64,000 nt of DNA from Chrysochromulina tobinii (lineage: Eukaryota): contig JWZX01003325.1 in assembly GCA_001275005.1 (NCBI GenBank), forward strand, positions 1 through 64,000, read 5' to 3'. Positions 46,801 through 58,902 of the stretch are shown in pieces. Position 1 is the stretch's first letter. Each line of letters begins with the position of its first letter. Position numbers and translations under genes: made by a program. The notes beneath the pieces are model-generated. The model ran no database searches and was not told the DNA's origin. It saw only the letters and a program-made list of their open reading frames with translations.

Positions 46801-47523
46801 TCTCACAGCCAATGGTTTATTTTGACACCCAAGACACAGGACCGGCGTGCACACGGATCATAAAATTCCTCTCTCGCTATATGTTACTTCGTTTTATTGA
46901 TCCCCCGGGATAACGCTTTTAACGGTAAGTCCTAAGTCGGTAAGTAGACATAAAACGCGATTATATTAACGGTTAGCCCGGGTTATCGAATGGATTGGAT
47001 CGATAATATAACGAGCGATATCTTTATTTTACATTTTAACTCCGATGGACCGTTTCCCGCACTTTCAGTGTCAGACTCACCAGTGTGACACGATGACTCT
47101 CAATCTTCGGCTCCTCGGGGCGGGGCTCGCCGGGGTCGGGTCGCGCCCCAGGGTTCTCGGCGGGTGGGGTACTTGACAAGGGTACTTGACCCATCTTGAC
47201 ATCTTCGGTCAGCATGTCGGTCATCGCAGGCAGTCCAAGGCCGATCTCCATTTCGAGCGTTGGCCAGCCAACGAAACTTGCCAACTTTAGAAAGAAGACC
47301 CGCAATGGGGTCCATGTGGACAGGTCCAGTCTCGTGCTTGAATAAACCGTGAGCGAGTGAGGACCGCCAATTTCAGCGGCATTTTGAAAAAATCCTCGCA
47401 GATGAGCGGAGATAGTGTAAAGTGCCGGGAGGTGATCCAAGTTCTCCTGACGGATCACCGACCTCGCGACACGAAAAGGCCACACACCGAGATTTCATTC
47501 ACACCTCTTGGACGCGCAACACA

Positions 47524-50500
47524 ATGTCCCTCTTTGGCGACATCGCACATGCGGCGCTCTCTGCGACCATAGGACCGCAGAAGTCGACGGGCGCGCGCTT
47601 GCTTGAGCGCCTGGACAACTCGACGCAGCTGGAGGATAAGCGTGAGGCGATCGCTGAGTTCCGTGACCTCTCCGCGAGCGAGCCGCTCCGGCTGGTGGAC
47701 CGTGGCGGCTATTCAGTGCTCGTGAAGCTGCTGCGCGAGGAGGACACAGAGGTGATGCGCGACACGCTCGAGACATTCGCTAACTTGTTCGACAGCGAGC
47801 TGCCAAAGGGGCGCGAGGACGACGCCGCCGAGGTCAAGGCGATGCACAACGTGTCCGTGTTCCTCACGCGCGATGGCAGTGTCTCCGACCTGATGCTCGG
47901 CGCCGAAAACGAGGACGTGTACGCACGCTACCACGCCGTGCAGGCCCTCATGCGACTGCTTGGCCTTGCGCGCCGCCAGACGCAGGAGGCGATCCTAAAC
48001 GAGCCAACGTGCGTCGGCCGGCTGATGGGTCTCGTCGAGGACAGGTGCGCCTCCGAGTGCCTCTGAGGGCCTCTGAATGCCTCTGAGTGCCTCTGAGTGC
48101 GACTGAGTGCCTCGGATGGCTCTGATCTGGATCTGTTCGTGGACAGTCGCGAGATCGTGCGCAACGAGGTGTTGCTGCTGCTTGCGCGGCTGGGCGAGGG
48201 ACACGCCGGCGTGCAGAATCTGCTCGGCTTCCAAGGCGCCTTTGACAAGCTGCTCGACATCATCGAAGCCGAGAGCGCTCAAGAGGACGCGGCGGCCGGC
48301 GCAGCGGCGGGCAGCGGCGGCGGCGGCGGCGGCGGCGCCCAGAGCAGCGGCAGCGGGCGCGGTGGCGTCGTAGTGCACGACTGCCTGCGCATCCTGAGCT
48401 CGTTGTTGCAGCGCAACGCCTCCTGCTGCCGATTCTTCCGGGACGCCGGCGCCATCGCGCGCCTGCCTGGCTTGCTCGCGCTGCCGCCACAGCGCCATTC
48501 CAAGGGAGATGCGATCTCCGTCCAGCTCGCGTGCGAGCTCACCTCCCATTTGCTCTCTGTCGGGCTGAGCGATGCGGCCGATGCTGCCCGCGCGGCGGCG
48601 GCGGGCGCCACCTCTGCCGTGTTGGGCGCCTCCTCCGCCGCCACCAGCGGTCGCGGCGCCGACGCGGGCGCTGCCGGTGCGCCCAATACGGCGCTCGAGC
48701 CGGCGCCCAAGCCGGCGCCTGACATTGCGATCACGCAAGATGCGCTGCTCAAGCTACGGCTCGTGCCACTGCTGGTCAGCCTGATCTGCGACGCCGCCTC
48801 GCTCACGTACCCCGCGCTCGTGGTGCAAGCGATGCGCACACTCGCCGACCTCGTCCACGCGTGCCCTGCCGGTGTGAATGAGCCTATGAATGCGCCTTTT
48901 CGCGACGCGGTCCCCTGCCCAGCATGCACGTGCTCACCACGGCGCGCATGAGCCTATTCGCGACACGGTCCCCTGCCCAGCATGCACGTGCTCACCACGG
49001 CGCCCTCGCGCGTCGCCTCAGGTGCGGACGAGCTGCTTGCCGCGCGTGTGAGCCGCCGAGAAGGAGACCGAACGTTCACAGAGCCCGCGCTCACACGCAT
49101 CCTTCACACCGGGCTGCGCACCTCGTCGACCGCCCTGCGCAACTGCACACGCCATCTCTTCTTCGCGACGCTTCACGGCCACCCTGCCGCACAGCTCGCG
49201 GCCGCGGCCTCGCTCTCGCACACGGCCACTTCCGCCGCCGCCGCCGCCGCTCCTTCCGCCGCCGCCGCCGCGCCCAGCGCCGCTGCGCCTCGGCCGGCGG
49301 TTAACGGCGCCCACCACGACGCCCCCGGGGCGTCCCCCGGTGCGGAGCGCTCGTTTGCGAGCATGGCCCTGGCGGCCCTTGGAGCTGCGGCGGAGGGCCG
49401 CACCGGGGGCGCCGTGCTGGGCGCCGACGACGATGCACGTGCTGCTGCGGGCTGGCTGGCGAGCGGCGTGCTGTGCGCACTGATGCACAGGAACCCCGAC
49501 TTGCGCCGCATGCTGCTCCGGCTGCCCGCGAGCGCGCTCGACGCGCCGCTGACGAGCGCCGCCGCTGCCGCCGCCGCCGCCGCCCCGTCGGCCGCTGCCG
49601 TTTCCGAGCCTGCCTCCGAGCGGGGCGCCGTCGTGGGCACCACCGAGCGGGGCGCCGTCGTGGGCACCACCGAGCGGAGCTCTGGCGGATTGTTTCGATG
49701 GCTCGTCGCGATGACGCTGCGTCCCGCCGACCACGCGGCGGCGACGACGGCGACGACGACAAAGCCCCCCTCGCCTCTCATCCGCCTCTCGCTACTTCAG
49801 ACGCTCATAGCGTGGCTGCGAGGCTCCGCGGAGGCGGTCGCCCAGCTGCTCGCGCCCACGACGGCACTGCCCGCGCTGCTCGAGGCGCTCGAGACGGCGC
49901 TCGCCGAGCCCGCGGAAGACGTGCACGTGCGAGGCCATCTGGGCGCGCTGCTCGGGCTGCTGCTCGCGACAGCGCCCACCGCCTCGTTCGAACGGCCTGT
50001 GCTCGTACGGATGGTGCGGCGCCGTCTTGGGCTCGACCGGTACGAGGCGGCCTGGGAAGGCATGCGAGCACACGGCGCCTATGAAGCCGCTCTGGACGGG
50101 CGTGCGGAATGGTGGGCCTCGGATGAGGAGACGGACGTGCTCATGCGTCGCGCCGCCTCGACCCACCAGGCCCTCCTCTATGCCGACGGCCTCGCCGCCA
50201 TCCTCGAGCGCACCTACGACGCCGCGCGTGTCGTCATCTTCGAAGCGTACGCAGAGCCGACCGAGGGCGGGGATGGCGCCACCGCGACGGCGCCCGCGAC
50301 AACGCGCGCGTCGCTCGCACCCTCGCTCGCACTTCGCCTGGCGGCCGCTCGCGACGGCAGCTCCACGCCGGGCGACGCCGACGCTCCGCCCGACGCTCCG
50401 CCCGACGCTGCCGCCGCCGCTGCCGCCGCTGCCGCCGCTGCCGCCGCTGCCGCCGCTGCCGCCAAGGACGACGATCCGGACACGCTCGCACTCGAGTCGT

Positions 50501-52046
50501 TTAAGGCGCTGGTGGTGGCGCAGGATGAGACGAACCGAACCATCAGCCGCGAGGCCGCCGAGCTGCGTGTGCGCGTGGAGGCGATGGAGACCGAACTGCG
50601 CATCGCGCGCGGGGCGGCCGGCGAGCTCGACCAACTCAAGCGACAGCTGAAGGCGGCGCTCGAGGCCCAGCGGCAAGCGGAGCAGAGCGCGAGTGACACG
50701 CAGCTGAGCGCCGCCGCCGAGCTGGCCGCCCTGCGCGAGGAGCTCAGCGGCCGCGCAGCGGACCTCGAGGCTGCAGTGCGCGAATCCGAAGCGATGGGCA
50801 TCGGGTACGCTCAATTGGAGTTGCAATTGGAGGTGGCGCTGCGGGAGCGCGACGCGGCACAGGCGAGCGCCGTCGCGGGCGCCAGCACGGGGGGCGAACG
50901 AGGTGTCCTCGGCGAGGGAGACCGTGCCCAGCTTCCCCACAGCGACAACGGCGGTGGCAACGACGGCGGAGGAGAGGGTGGCTGGGTAGCCAAGCTCGCC
51001 GTGCTGCAGTCGACGATCGACGGCCTGAGGCGTGCAAAGGCGGCGCTGGAGGCCACGGCGGCGGAGAGCGTCCTCGAGATGGCAGATCTGCGCCGGGAGA
51101 TTGCAGATCTGCGCCGGGAGATTGCAGATCTGCGCCTGGAGATCGAGCGCGAGCGCGCGAGCGCCGAGGAGGCTCTCGCCGCACGCGCCGTGGCCGAGGA
51201 CGCACTTGATGCCAGTACGGTAGAGGGGCAGGTGCTGCAGGCGCGCTGCCGGCAGCTCGAGGCATCCCTCAGCGACGCGACAGCGGCGCTCGGCGCGGCC
51301 GCGGCCGCCGAGAGCGCCGTGCGGGCAGCGTCTGAGCGCACTGTGGCTGAGCTCGAGGCGCAGCTGGGCGAGCTGCAGGCGCAGCTTCGAGCGGCGCAGT
51401 CGGACGGAGCGAACGCTCGTGAACAGCTGCAAGTGCTGCAGGAGGCTGCGGCGGCTGCGGCGACGAGGGCGATTGGCGCTCAGGAGGGCGCGCCGTCGAT
51501 GGCGCAGGTCGCCGGTGTGAACGAGTCCAATCAGCCTGCAATCAGGGAGGCCATCAGCATGCAAGTGGACGCGTCCAAGCTCGCGTCACTGACAGCCGAG
51601 GCGGCGCGTGCGGCGCAGCTCGAGGCGGAGATCGCCGAGCTGCGGCGCGAGCAGGATGAGCTGCTGATCTGCATCGCCGAGCAGGACCAGGTGCGGAGCA
51701 CTCGCCCTGATTGCAGGCTGATTGCATGCTGATGGCCTCCCTGATTGCGCGCCTCATCGAGCAGGAGTACGAGGCTCTGGCGGATGAGATGCTCAGTGCG
51801 GGGACGCCCTCGAGCGTTCTCGCCGGCAGCGCCTACGCCGGCGGCGCCAACAGCGGCAGCGGTGGCGCCAACGGAGGCACGCCCTTCCCCAATGGTTGCA
51901 ATCAGGGAGGCAATCAGGGAGGCACGCCCTTCCCCAATGGAGGCAACTGCCATGGCACCCCCTTTGCGACGCCCCTGACGTCGGGCGTCGTGTCGGGCAC
52001 GAGTGTGGCGACGATGCCAAGCGCGTCGCTGCTCTTTGCGTCCTGA
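47524..52046 (+). CDS. USO1: USO1/p115 (golgin candidate 6-like) vesicle tethering factor, ~1,400 aa; introns 48045-48146, 48872-49021, 51691-51764
   Basis: Armadillo-head motifs LLERLDNSTQLEDKREA, QEAILNEPTCVGRLMGLVED|SREIVRNEVLLLL, QNLLGFQGAFDKLLDII, GGVVVHDCL; long C-terminal coiled coil ending EQDELLICIAEQDQ|E. Confidence 0.9.
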
Positions 52047-52579
52047 CGAGTCCCAATGAGTCCTAATGAGTGCTGATGAGTGAGAGTGTGAGTCACTCAC
52101 TCACTGCGTCCTAGGCATACGGATGGACGAACCTCCCAGATTGCAACCTCCGAGATCGCAACCTCCCAGATCGCCACTGGCGCCTCGGGGCGCACCCACG
52201 CAACCCCCAGGACTTAAGCCGTTTGATTGAGAGATGACATTGGAGAGAGTCAGAGGCACTACATTACGTTACTAGATTACGTTTGTCAGCCTCATGTAGC
52301 TGTGGTCGTAATCTGTGGGTCGCATGTCGTTCAAAGGGGCGGTTGGTGGTCCAAAAAGAGCAGGCGTGATTGACGGCGGGAAGGAGTGAGGTTGAATTTC
52401 CTGATGAGGAAAGTCATCTTCAGGTCGCTCACATTCATTGAGAGGGGCCGCGGGCCGCCGGGGCGTGCGACCGAGTCAGCGGCAGTGCGCGGCTCCCACG
52501 CCAGAAGCACTTGGTCCTCATTTCGCTTCCCGACGACGTCGAGTGGCCTCTGCGCCCTCACTTGCGAGGGCGGCAAGCT

Positions 52580-54370
52580 ATGGGGGCATCGGCGGAAGCT
52601 GACGGCAAAGGGGAGGCCCAGACGCCTGGAAGGTCCATCCCAGGAGGTTCCTCGTCATTGCATCCATCCAGCGAGGATGAAGCGAAATCGGGCGCGCCCA
52701 GCAGGAGAGACGAGCAGGAGCGCAAAATGCGCTCGCCGTCGCAGCGGTGCAACAACAAGATGGTGGTGCTCGTGTGCACGAACATAGCCAACTTGTCGTG
52801 CCACGCAGTCTACTCCGTGCTCTCATCCTTCTACCCGCCGCAGGCCAAGGCGAAGGGCATGTCCGATGACATGGTCGGCTTCACGTTTGCCATCTTTGCC
52901 GGCATCATCTTCTTGTTTTCACCGGTCGCGGGCAAGTTGATGGAGCGGCGCGGCAAGGTTTGGGTGTACCTTTGCGGCCTGTGCATCGCCTCCGTGTCGA
53001 CTATACTCTTTGCATTTGCCGCTCTCGTGCCGGACGGCTGGCCGTTTGCGGTGTGGTGCCTCACGATGCGGATCGCCCAGGGCGTGGGCTCGGCCTTGGA
53101 GGAGACGGCCATGTACGCGATCATCGCGGAGCTCGACACGGAGAACGTCACCTTCTATCTCGGCATCTGCGAGGTCTCGACTGGCCTCGGGTATATGATC
53201 GGGCCGCCGCTTGGCGGCTTACTCTTCCACATGGGAGGGTTCGCGTTGCCGTTTGTGTTCCTGGGGGCGCTCATCGCGCCCGCCGCGATCGGCTTCCACC
53301 GCTTCATGCCGCATGAGGTCAACCGCGGCGGCAAGGACGAGGAACGCTCCGAGAGCGTCTCGCTGCGTGGCCTGACGCGCAACCCGCAGGTGATGGTCAT
53401 GGCCGTCGCGGGGATGATTGCGAACATGGACTATGCGTTCCTCGAGCCGACGCTCGGCGAGCACGCCGCGAGTGTCGGGATTGCCGAGTCCCCCGAGGCG
53501 ATCGGTGCCCTCTTCTCGGTCGCGATGACCGCGTACACGTTGTCTTGCCCGGCCATCGGACTGATCGCGCGCAAGGACAGGCTGGGGCCGCGCACCGTCA
53601 TCCTGGTCGGGCTCTTCCTGCAGCTGCTCGGCTTCATGCTGATCGGCCCCTCGCCGCTGCTGCAGCAATCGCGCGTGGGCACCCCACAGGTCGTCTTCGC
53701 TCTCCTCCTCTTTGGAGTGGGCGAGTCGATGTCGTACGCGCCCCTCATGGACGACATGATGCTCTCTTGTGGGGAGTATGCGGAGGAGGCTTCGGTCGCC
53801 CTGGCCCCTCTGATGGCCTCCTCCTTTTCGCTCGGCCAAATGCTCGGGCCGCTTGTCGGCTCCGCATCCTCAGGTCCGTCTGATTGCGTCTGATTGCGTC
53901 TGATTACGTCTGATTGCGTCTGATTGCGTCTGATTGCTTGTCGGCTCCGCATCCTCAGGTCCGTCTGATTGCGTCTGATTGCGTCTGATTACGTCTGATT
54001 GCGTCTGATTGCCACTGATTGCTTGTCGGCTCCGCATCCTCAGGTCCGTCTGATTGCGTCTGATTGCGTCTGATTGCCACTGAGTGCCACTGATTGCTCC
54101 GCATTCTCAACTGCAGCGGCGGCTCGAGGAGGATGAGGCCGTCTCTGATTGCGTCTAATTTGCACTGAGTGCCACTGATTGCGTCCCTCATCAGGCCGCC
54201 TCGGCTTCCCATGGGCGTGTACGCTCATGGCCTTCCTGCTGCTGCTGCAATTGGCCACGATAGCCTTCGTGGACGCCATCTGGCCTCGGAAGGCGAAGCA
54301 GTCGTACGGCGTCTCGTATACCGAGCTCACCTCCTTGTCGGTGCCGCTCTCGGAGAGCGCCGTGGATTGA
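52580..54370 (+). CDS. MFS transporter (SLC18B1/DHA1-like), ~489 aa; intron 53874-54194
   Basis: About 12 hydrophobic segments; motif-A-like GKLMERRGKVW; RIAQGVGSA; GLGYMIGPPLGGLL; SLGQMLGPLVGS; frame-consistent last exon G|RLGFPWAC. Confidence 0.88.
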
Positions 54371-54440
54371 GCTCCGCCATGGAGATTTGAGCTCCGGAAT
54401 GGAGATTGAGCTCCGGCATGGAGATTTGAGCTCCGGCATG
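54369..54440 (+). repeat. Short tandem repeat (~GAGCTCCGGCATGGAGATT) x4 at the MFS 3' end
   Basis: Directly visible. Confidence 0.8.
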
Positions 54441-55084
54441 CACTACGCTCCCATCACTTGGGTCCATATTTGTATGACCGGCCAATACGCGATCGGCTGG
54501 CACGGACGCCATATTTGGGTCCATATTTGGGTCGGCCAATACGCGATGGGCTGGCACGGACGCGAAGTACGCGGCAGTGCGGCACGGACTCCCGCTACAG
54601 CGCTACCCTTCTGCCCGTGATCTGTGAGTGTCTGTGTGACTATCGCGTTCGCGAGTTTCAGTCACTGGTGCAGCATGGCCAGTTGGCCAGTGCCGCAGTC
54701 GGCTGTGCGCGTGAGATGTACTTGAGTGGTAACATGTGGTTGTTTACAGGAAACGAACTCGACTAGAGCTCGACCACCTGCTCGAGTTGCTCGAACTCCC
54801 GTCGTCGTGAGATAGCATGTAAAGTGAGATGTAATTGAACTTCTTAGATACATGTACGTAAAAACTGAGAACTGCAGATTAAGGGGGGGCGGGTCAGACA
54901 GTTCCGAGTTCGGTCACGAGCATTCGGTTGCGTCCCGTGTGTCCCGAGTGTGTCCCGGCTCCTCCCGGAGGACCCCGGTGTATTAGTTTTTGAACCGGGG
55001 CAACTCACAACGAATCATGAAACAGTTTTTGAGGCAACGCGGGGGGGGCGCTTCGGCGAAAGGTCCTCTGTCGAGCGGAAGGCA

Positions 55085-56219
55085 ATGGCGGCCTTCGGGG
55101 ACCCGATTGAGCGCATCATGGTGAGCTGCCCCACCGCCACTGCGACCACAAGGCGAGCATGCCGCCTCCACACTCACCGCCCATGGCCACTCTCTCGCTT
55201 GCACGCAGTCGTCCTTCGATATCACCGGCCAGGGCACCATCCTTTCATCAGGATCGGCGCCGACGACGCCTATGGCGTCGAGGCAAGTGCCCACGCAAAA
55301 AAAGGAGCCGCCACGCGCCCAGACGGTGACCCGCCCCCCCAATAAAAAGCAGCAGATTAAGCAGGCACTCGCGTTGCAGTCGGCACACATCATCACGTCC
55401 GACTTCCAGATGCTCAGCCAGCCGCTCGATAACGGGATTCTGCTCATGGACCGCACCGAGCGCAAGCTCAAGCTCGTCAAATCGCTCGGCGAGCTGCTGC
55501 CGCAGCATCAGTACACGACTGAGTACGGCAACGTGCTCGAGCGCACGAGCAAGCACAAGGTGTTGCTCGCCGGATCGATCGAACTCGACGTGACGACCGA
55601 CGAGGCGCGCTTCGACGAGGTTCTGCAGCAGCTCGCGCTGGACGCGCGCGCCAAAACGACGACCAACGCAAAGATGGCCGCGTACGACGCCTATTCAAAT
55701 CTGGGCGGCACTCCCGAGTCATCGCCAGTTCCCCAGCGACGGGCAGCAGACCTCGGTCCCCCGCTCGAAGGGTCGTTTCACGGGTCGGTTCAGGAGACTG
55801 AGGCGTCGGAAGAGCATTCTGTGCAGCTCGAGGAGGCGGAGGTGATGGGGCGGCTCCAGGCGCTCATGGAGCGCGTGGGGGAGATGGAGAGGTGGTTCAC
55901 AGGCGTGAAGGCAGAAGCCGAGCGAGAGCGCAAGATGCGAGAGCAAGCGGTTCAACGGCTCGGCTTCATGCAGCAGCGCGTCGATCACGCGACCAAAGAG
56001 ATTGCCGACCTACGCAAGGAGAACCTGGACCTGCGCGTGCGCCTCGAGGAACTCCAAGTCTCTCAGGAGGAGATCAAGGACATGGCCGCGAGGGGGTACG
56101 CGCGCCCCTCGCTGGTTGGCACGACCAGCCTCGAGCAAATCCGAGCGTCCCAGGGGAACCGAGCTGACAACAACCCGCTGAGCGTTGTTGCGAGCACCTT
56201 CGGGCTGAACAACTTTTGA
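55085..56219 (+). CDS. Uncharacterised coiled-coil protein, ~348 aa; intron 55121-55208
   Basis: Exon 1 MAAFGDPIERIM|GTGAGC, acceptor GCACGCAG in frame with ORF 55272-56219; heptad-rich C-terminal half. Confidence 0.7.
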
Positions 56220-56776
56220 ACGCCAGCCGAAGGCGCTCGCCAAAACGCTCACCGGAGACTCTAAACAGAGGAGATGGGTTGTTTGTCGAGGCTGTCTGAT
56301 CCGGATGCACACGGTCCGTCCCTCGCGCGTGTAGCCTTACTTAGCCTCCTGTGCGGGCGATTCGCGTCACTGAGGGGAAGCGGATCGCCCACACGGGACA
56401 CGCACGCCGCGGCGTGCGGAGTCGAGGATACTTGTGTGTGGGGGCATCCCGCACATCGGATCTCGGCGAGATCACGGCAGCCATTCGCGGCGGCAGCCTA
56501 GCGCCCGGCCCACGACCGGTGCGTCGCGGCTGTGCAACACAAGTATTTTATAGCGTGTACGCGCCACGCCAGCGAAACGCGTTGTGTAACCCGGGTCGGC
56601 ATCGACGGCGGACAGTAGTTGAGTAGACGGGCCAGGGCTTGGGTAAATTAAGAGAGATCAAAGCATACGCCCATTTACCCCGAACACCGGAGCGTATGGT
56701 CTACGCGATTATTCATTATAGTCGATCTGCGCCGCCGATGTCCCAACGCTCCTTGACCGCAATAGGAAGAAAGGGG

Positions 56777-58345
56777 CTACACGAGCGCCTTCAGATGCGC
56801 TTCGAGCAGCTGCCCGAAGCGCTGCAGCCCGAAATTGGCTTCCACGTGTGCACGCGCCTCCGCGCCGCGCGCCTCAAGCATGCACGAAGCATGCAGCCGA
56901 CGAACCTCATCGAAAGCGTCGGCGAAGGCGGCGGCGGTGGGCTCACAAAGCCAGCCCGTGTGGCCGTGCACGACGGACTCGCACGGGCCGCCCAGCCCGA
57001 CGGCGATCACGGGCCGTGCCGCCGCCATCGCTTCGAGAGGAACGATGCCAAAGTGCTCGAACGAGGGCGTGTACACCACCGCTGCACAGCTCTCGAGAAG
57101 CTCACGCCGCTCATCGTCACTGACGTTGCGGCGGAACTCGACAGCATCGGTGAGGCCGGCGTCACGTACGAGCGCCTCGAGCTCGGCGAGGTAGTCGACC
57201 TGCTCTTGTAGCCGCCCGTCCCAGCCGCCTGCGAGCACGAGGCGCACGTCGCTGCCGTTGCCGCCCCCGCCGCTGCCGCCCCCGCTGCTGCCGCCCCCAC
57301 CGCCCCGCCCCGGGGAAACGGGCCGCCGCCCCACGCCGGGGGCTGTGCGTCGAAGCAGCTCAAGCAATGCATGCACGGCGAGCTCCAAAGCCTTCTTACG
57401 CTCGAATCGATTGATGGAGACGAGCTTCGTCAACTTCGTCAACCTCGCGCCGGCCTCGCCGGCCGCGCTCGCCACTGCCGTTGGACCCTTGGCCATCCGC
57501 AGGGTGGCTTTGTGACGGTCAAGATCGTTGCTGCTACCGGCGTTCGGGGCCGCTGGCCACGCGAGGGCGCGGTTGCGCACGAGGTCGATGGCCGGGTGCA
57601 GCACTGATGGTAACGGACCTCCGAGGAGCGCACGGGCGGCCCGGAGCAGACGAAAGCTCTGTGCATACACGGAGGCTGTGTAGGCCGAGTTGACGAGGAC
57701 GAGCGAGGCGCAGCCCGTGCTGATTTCCTCGAGGAGGTCAAAGGGCAGCCGATACAGCGCACGCACGAGCGCTCGGGCGCTCACGGGCGGTGCAGCGTGC
57801 GCAGCGCCGCCCGCCGCGCCCGCCGCCTGCCCGGACGCGAGGAGCTTGTCGGGAAAGTGGCAGTAGAAGAGGGTCGGCACGCCGCATGCGCGCAGGAGGG
57901 GCACTGGTGCGGGCACTGCGTCGACAAAGACGACGTCACACTCTGGCTCGGCGAGCAGGATTCGCACGGCGCCTACAAGTGAACGGCCGATCGCGCACAC
58001 AATATGCATCTTGCCGCGCAGGTGCCGTGGGACGCTCGAGCCAGCGACATGCACGGCCAGCGTGCCATCGCGTGTCTCCTCGAAACATCGCGTCTTATCG
58101 TGGTGCGCCGTCGTAATCGAAACCGTGTGGCCTGCACGCTTCAGGGCCACGGCTGCGTCCACGACGAGGCGCTCGGCACCACCGATGCCAAGATCTGGGT
58201 GGAGGAAAGCCACGCGCAGGGGCGCGCCGGCCGCGCGACGAGCAACGAGTGCACGACGCACGCGAACGAGCACGATGAACGCCACGATGATAAGCACCGA
58301 CACGCCGACGGTAAATGCGCCGACGATGGCGATCGCGTCTGACAT
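56777..58345 (-). CDS. ALG2: Alpha-1,3/1,6-mannosyltransferase (N-glycan precursor synthesis)
   Basis: N-terminal TM; VAFLHPDLGIGGAERLVVDAA; TRCFEETRDG; FYCHFPDKLL; VSINRFERKK; YTPSFEHFGIVPLEAM; GGPCESV. Confidence 0.95.
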   Translation of the reverse strand: MSDAIAIVGAFTVGVSVLIIVAFIVLVRVRRALVARRAAGAPLRVAFLHPDLGIGGAERLVVDAAVALKRAGHTVSITTAHHDKTRCFEETRDGTLAVHVAGSSVPRHLRGKMHIVCAIGRSLVGAVRILLAEPECDVVFVDAVPAPVPLLRACGVPTLFYCHFPDKLLASGQAAGAAGGAAHAAPPVSARALVRALYRLPFDLLEEISTGCASLVLVNSAYTASVYAQSFRLLRAARALLGGPLPSVLHPAIDLVRNRALAWPAAPNAGSSNDLDRHKATLRMAKGPTAVASAAGEAGARLTKLTKLVSINRFERKKALELAVHALLELLRRTAPGVGRRPVSPGRGGGGGSSGGGSGGGGNGSDVRLVLAGGWDGRLQEQVDYLAELEALVRDAGLTDAVEFRRNVSDDERRELLESCAAVVYTPSFEHFGIVPLEAMAAARPVIAVGLGGPCESVVHGHTGWLCEPTAAAFADAFDEVRRLHASCMLEARGAEARAHVEANFGLQRFGQLLEAHLKALV

Positions 58346-58686
58346 GAAGTTCGTGCACGCAGTCGTACCGGTACTGGTACTGTACCGGTAAAAAGACACC
58401 GGGGCGTCGGGAGCCCGGACGCTCACGGTTCGACACACACGGGACACGCGGGCGCGCACAAGTACCCGGTACCGGAACACTGGTGTTGTGCACGCGCAAA
58501 ATATGCCAAATCGCGCATTTGTGTTATTGTGTACAAGTCTACCGGGCACACAAGATTGTGCTGTAAAGAGACAAATCAAGCAAGTCAAGGGCTCAAGGCA
58601 CTAACTACATAAACAACAGACAACCGAAAGGAAGCCTATCGAATGCGCTCTCGAGGCTAGCAGTGGAGTTAACGACATGTAACGAG

Positions 58687-58813
58687 ACTTGACTTGACTT
58701 GACGTGACTTGACTTGACTTGCTTGACTTGACTTGACTTGACTTGACTTGACTTGCTTGACTTGACTTGACTTGACTTGACTTGACTTGCTTGACTTGAC
58801 TTGACTTGACTTG
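58687..58813. repeat. (GACTT)n pentanucleotide microsatellite between the divergent ALG2 and MAM-domain genes
   Basis: About 25 near-perfect gactt units. Confidence 0.95.
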
Positions 58814-58902
58814 TCGTGAGGTGACCGCTGTGTGCGACGCGGCGCGTTCGTCGATCGCGGCACTGGGCTCGATTCACAGGACGCCTTTAGCTTGCAGGCA
58901 AC

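Noticed and set aside
49792..51564. 590-aa minus-strand ORF and other long antisense ORFs (e.g. 12631-14202, 6318-7652, 34661-36055)
   Set aside because: Shadows of well-supported genes on the opposite strand.
1707..58345. Apparent glycosylation/secretory cluster (PIGA, GT49, USO1, ALG2, DENN)
   Set aside because: The genes are scattered over 57 kb among unrelated genes; there is no evidence this exceeds chance.
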